Below, in pieces: positions 62,931 to 64,000 of a stretch of DNA of 64,000 nt. Origin of the DNA: Lama guanicoe (taxonomy: Eukaryota); the NCBI GenBank assembly GCA_013239625.1, contig MU054220.1:1913509-1977508 (forward strand). The letters are read 5' to 3'. The position numbers and the translations under genes are program-made. The notes under the pieces are model-generated. The model saw only the letters and a program-made list of their open reading frames with translations. It had not been told where the DNA came from and searched no databases. How positions within the stretch are numbered: position 1 is the first letter of the stretch; each line of letters starts with the position of its first letter.

Positions 62931-63561
62931 TTAAAAGGTGGCCCTAGGGCCACTTAACTTTAAAGTCTATCTCTATAGTGCTTCACATAGAGCCTGACAT
63001 TACAGGTTTAAAAGCTAGAAGGGGAGGTAGGAAAGACATAAAGATTGATTTATTCTTAACCCCATGTGATTGGTATCTTAGGAAAGAGATCACATGTTTG
63101 CTAGTAACTAAATACAAGGTACAACCAAATATATGCCCTAAGATCACTTTTGGACGGAGGTGAGGGAGGGGCGGGAGGGGAGGCAGTGGGAATGACAAGG
63201 GCTGAGCTGGGGCTACTTGACGATGTGTAGGAATGTGACAGACATGTGAGGAAGTCCTTCTACACAGATAGAAAAGCAAAATCAAAGGTATGTGAGGACT
63301 ATGTTAAAAAAAAAAAAGCTATGTGAGGGGAAAAAGCATAAGGAGTGTTTGGGGGGAAGTGAATATCTGTGTGCGGTGAGAGTATAGGCTGTGAGCAGGA
63401 GAGCCGTGGTTGGACAGGCTGAGGTTACATCATGAGTGGCCTAAAGGTAAGGTACCCGAGTTTCTATTTCATAAGCAGGCAACAGAGAACCACTGATGTT
63501 CTAAGCAGGGGTGACAAGCCCAGGGCTCTGCTTTAGAGAATTATGTTTACAAAAGATCTTG

Positions 63562-63640
63562 CAGTCATGCTCAAGCTTCAATGTGTATCACAATCACCTG
63601 CTAAGCTTTTAAAAATGCATGGGCCCCACACAAAGTTCCA
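63562..63640 (+). mobile_element. MER5A-like 5' fragment containing copy 2 of the 48-bp repeat
   Basis: cagtcatgctcaagcttcaatgtgtatcacaatcacctg..gcttttaaaaatgcatgggccccac parallels MER5A cagtggttctcaaactt..gtgcatcagaatcacctgg..cttgttaaaa..gctgggccccac. Confidence 0.7.
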
Positions 63641-64000
63641 GAGCAACAGAAACTCTCATAAACTGCTGTTAAATGTGGGAAATGGTACAATCATTTTTGG
63701 AAATCTGGGAATCTGTCCTAAAGCTAAACATACACATTCCCAGCCATTCCACTCGTAAGTGCATACCTAAGAGAAATCTATCCACCAAGAGACACAGAAA
63801 AGTGTGTTTATAGCAACATTGTTTGTACTACCTCAAAACTGAAAGCAACCCAAATGCCACCTACTGTAGAATGGATAAATAAACTGTGGTTTATACATAA
63901 AATGGAATTCTGGACAACAATAAAAAAGAACAAACTGTAGCTAAACCCAGCAACAAATCAGAAATATAATGTTGAGCAAAAGAAGCCAGACCTGAAGAGT
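63640..64000 (+). mobile_element. Old L1 (L1ME-like) 3' region, runs off the window
   Basis: gagcaacagaaactctcataaactgctg...gaatggataaataaactgtggtttatacataaaatggaat...ataatgttgagcaaaagaagccagac. Confidence 0.85.

Larger units (their letters stand above)
9172..64000 (-). other. CSTPP1: Large upstream intron of CSTPP1 (preceding exon lies beyond the window)
   Basis: I found no sequence encoding the preceding peptide (..RAFWRCFRTVGKNG) by eye or in the ORF track; the region is dominated by repeats. Confidence 0.75.

Overview
Mammalian genomic DNA, very probably camelid. The inference rests on three copies of a tRNA-derived SINE matching the camelid Vic-1 type, plus a young lineage-specific L1. 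The window is almost entirely intronic. It holds one recognisable host coding exon: 85 nt on the minus strand (9087-9171) encoding DLLTMREYHCLLQLLCPDFPLELTQKAAR, which I recognise as an internal exon of CSTPP1 (C11orf49). I did not find the neighbouring exons, so the upstream intron is over 54 kb and the downstream one over 9 kb. The rest is a fossil record of transposons: L1 of several ages, L2, CR1/L3, MIR, MLT1 and ERVL-type solo LTRs, MER5-type hAT elements, a near-complete Tigger2 and a Tigger MITE. I see no CRISPR array and no evidence of a new multi-gene system; most ORF-track entries are transposon fragments or noise. The most interesting signals are: (1) an exact 48-bp segment apparently copied from an old MER5A fragment to a site 1.74 kb away; (2) a U6 snRNA/L1 3'-end chimeric retrocopy lacking the ACAGAGA box; (3) candidate unannotated cassette exons for CSTPP1; (4) two near-identical young L1 copies in direct orientation bracketing the only exon. 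Repeat subfamily names come from recalled consensus sequences and boundaries of old repeats are approximate; no database search was run.
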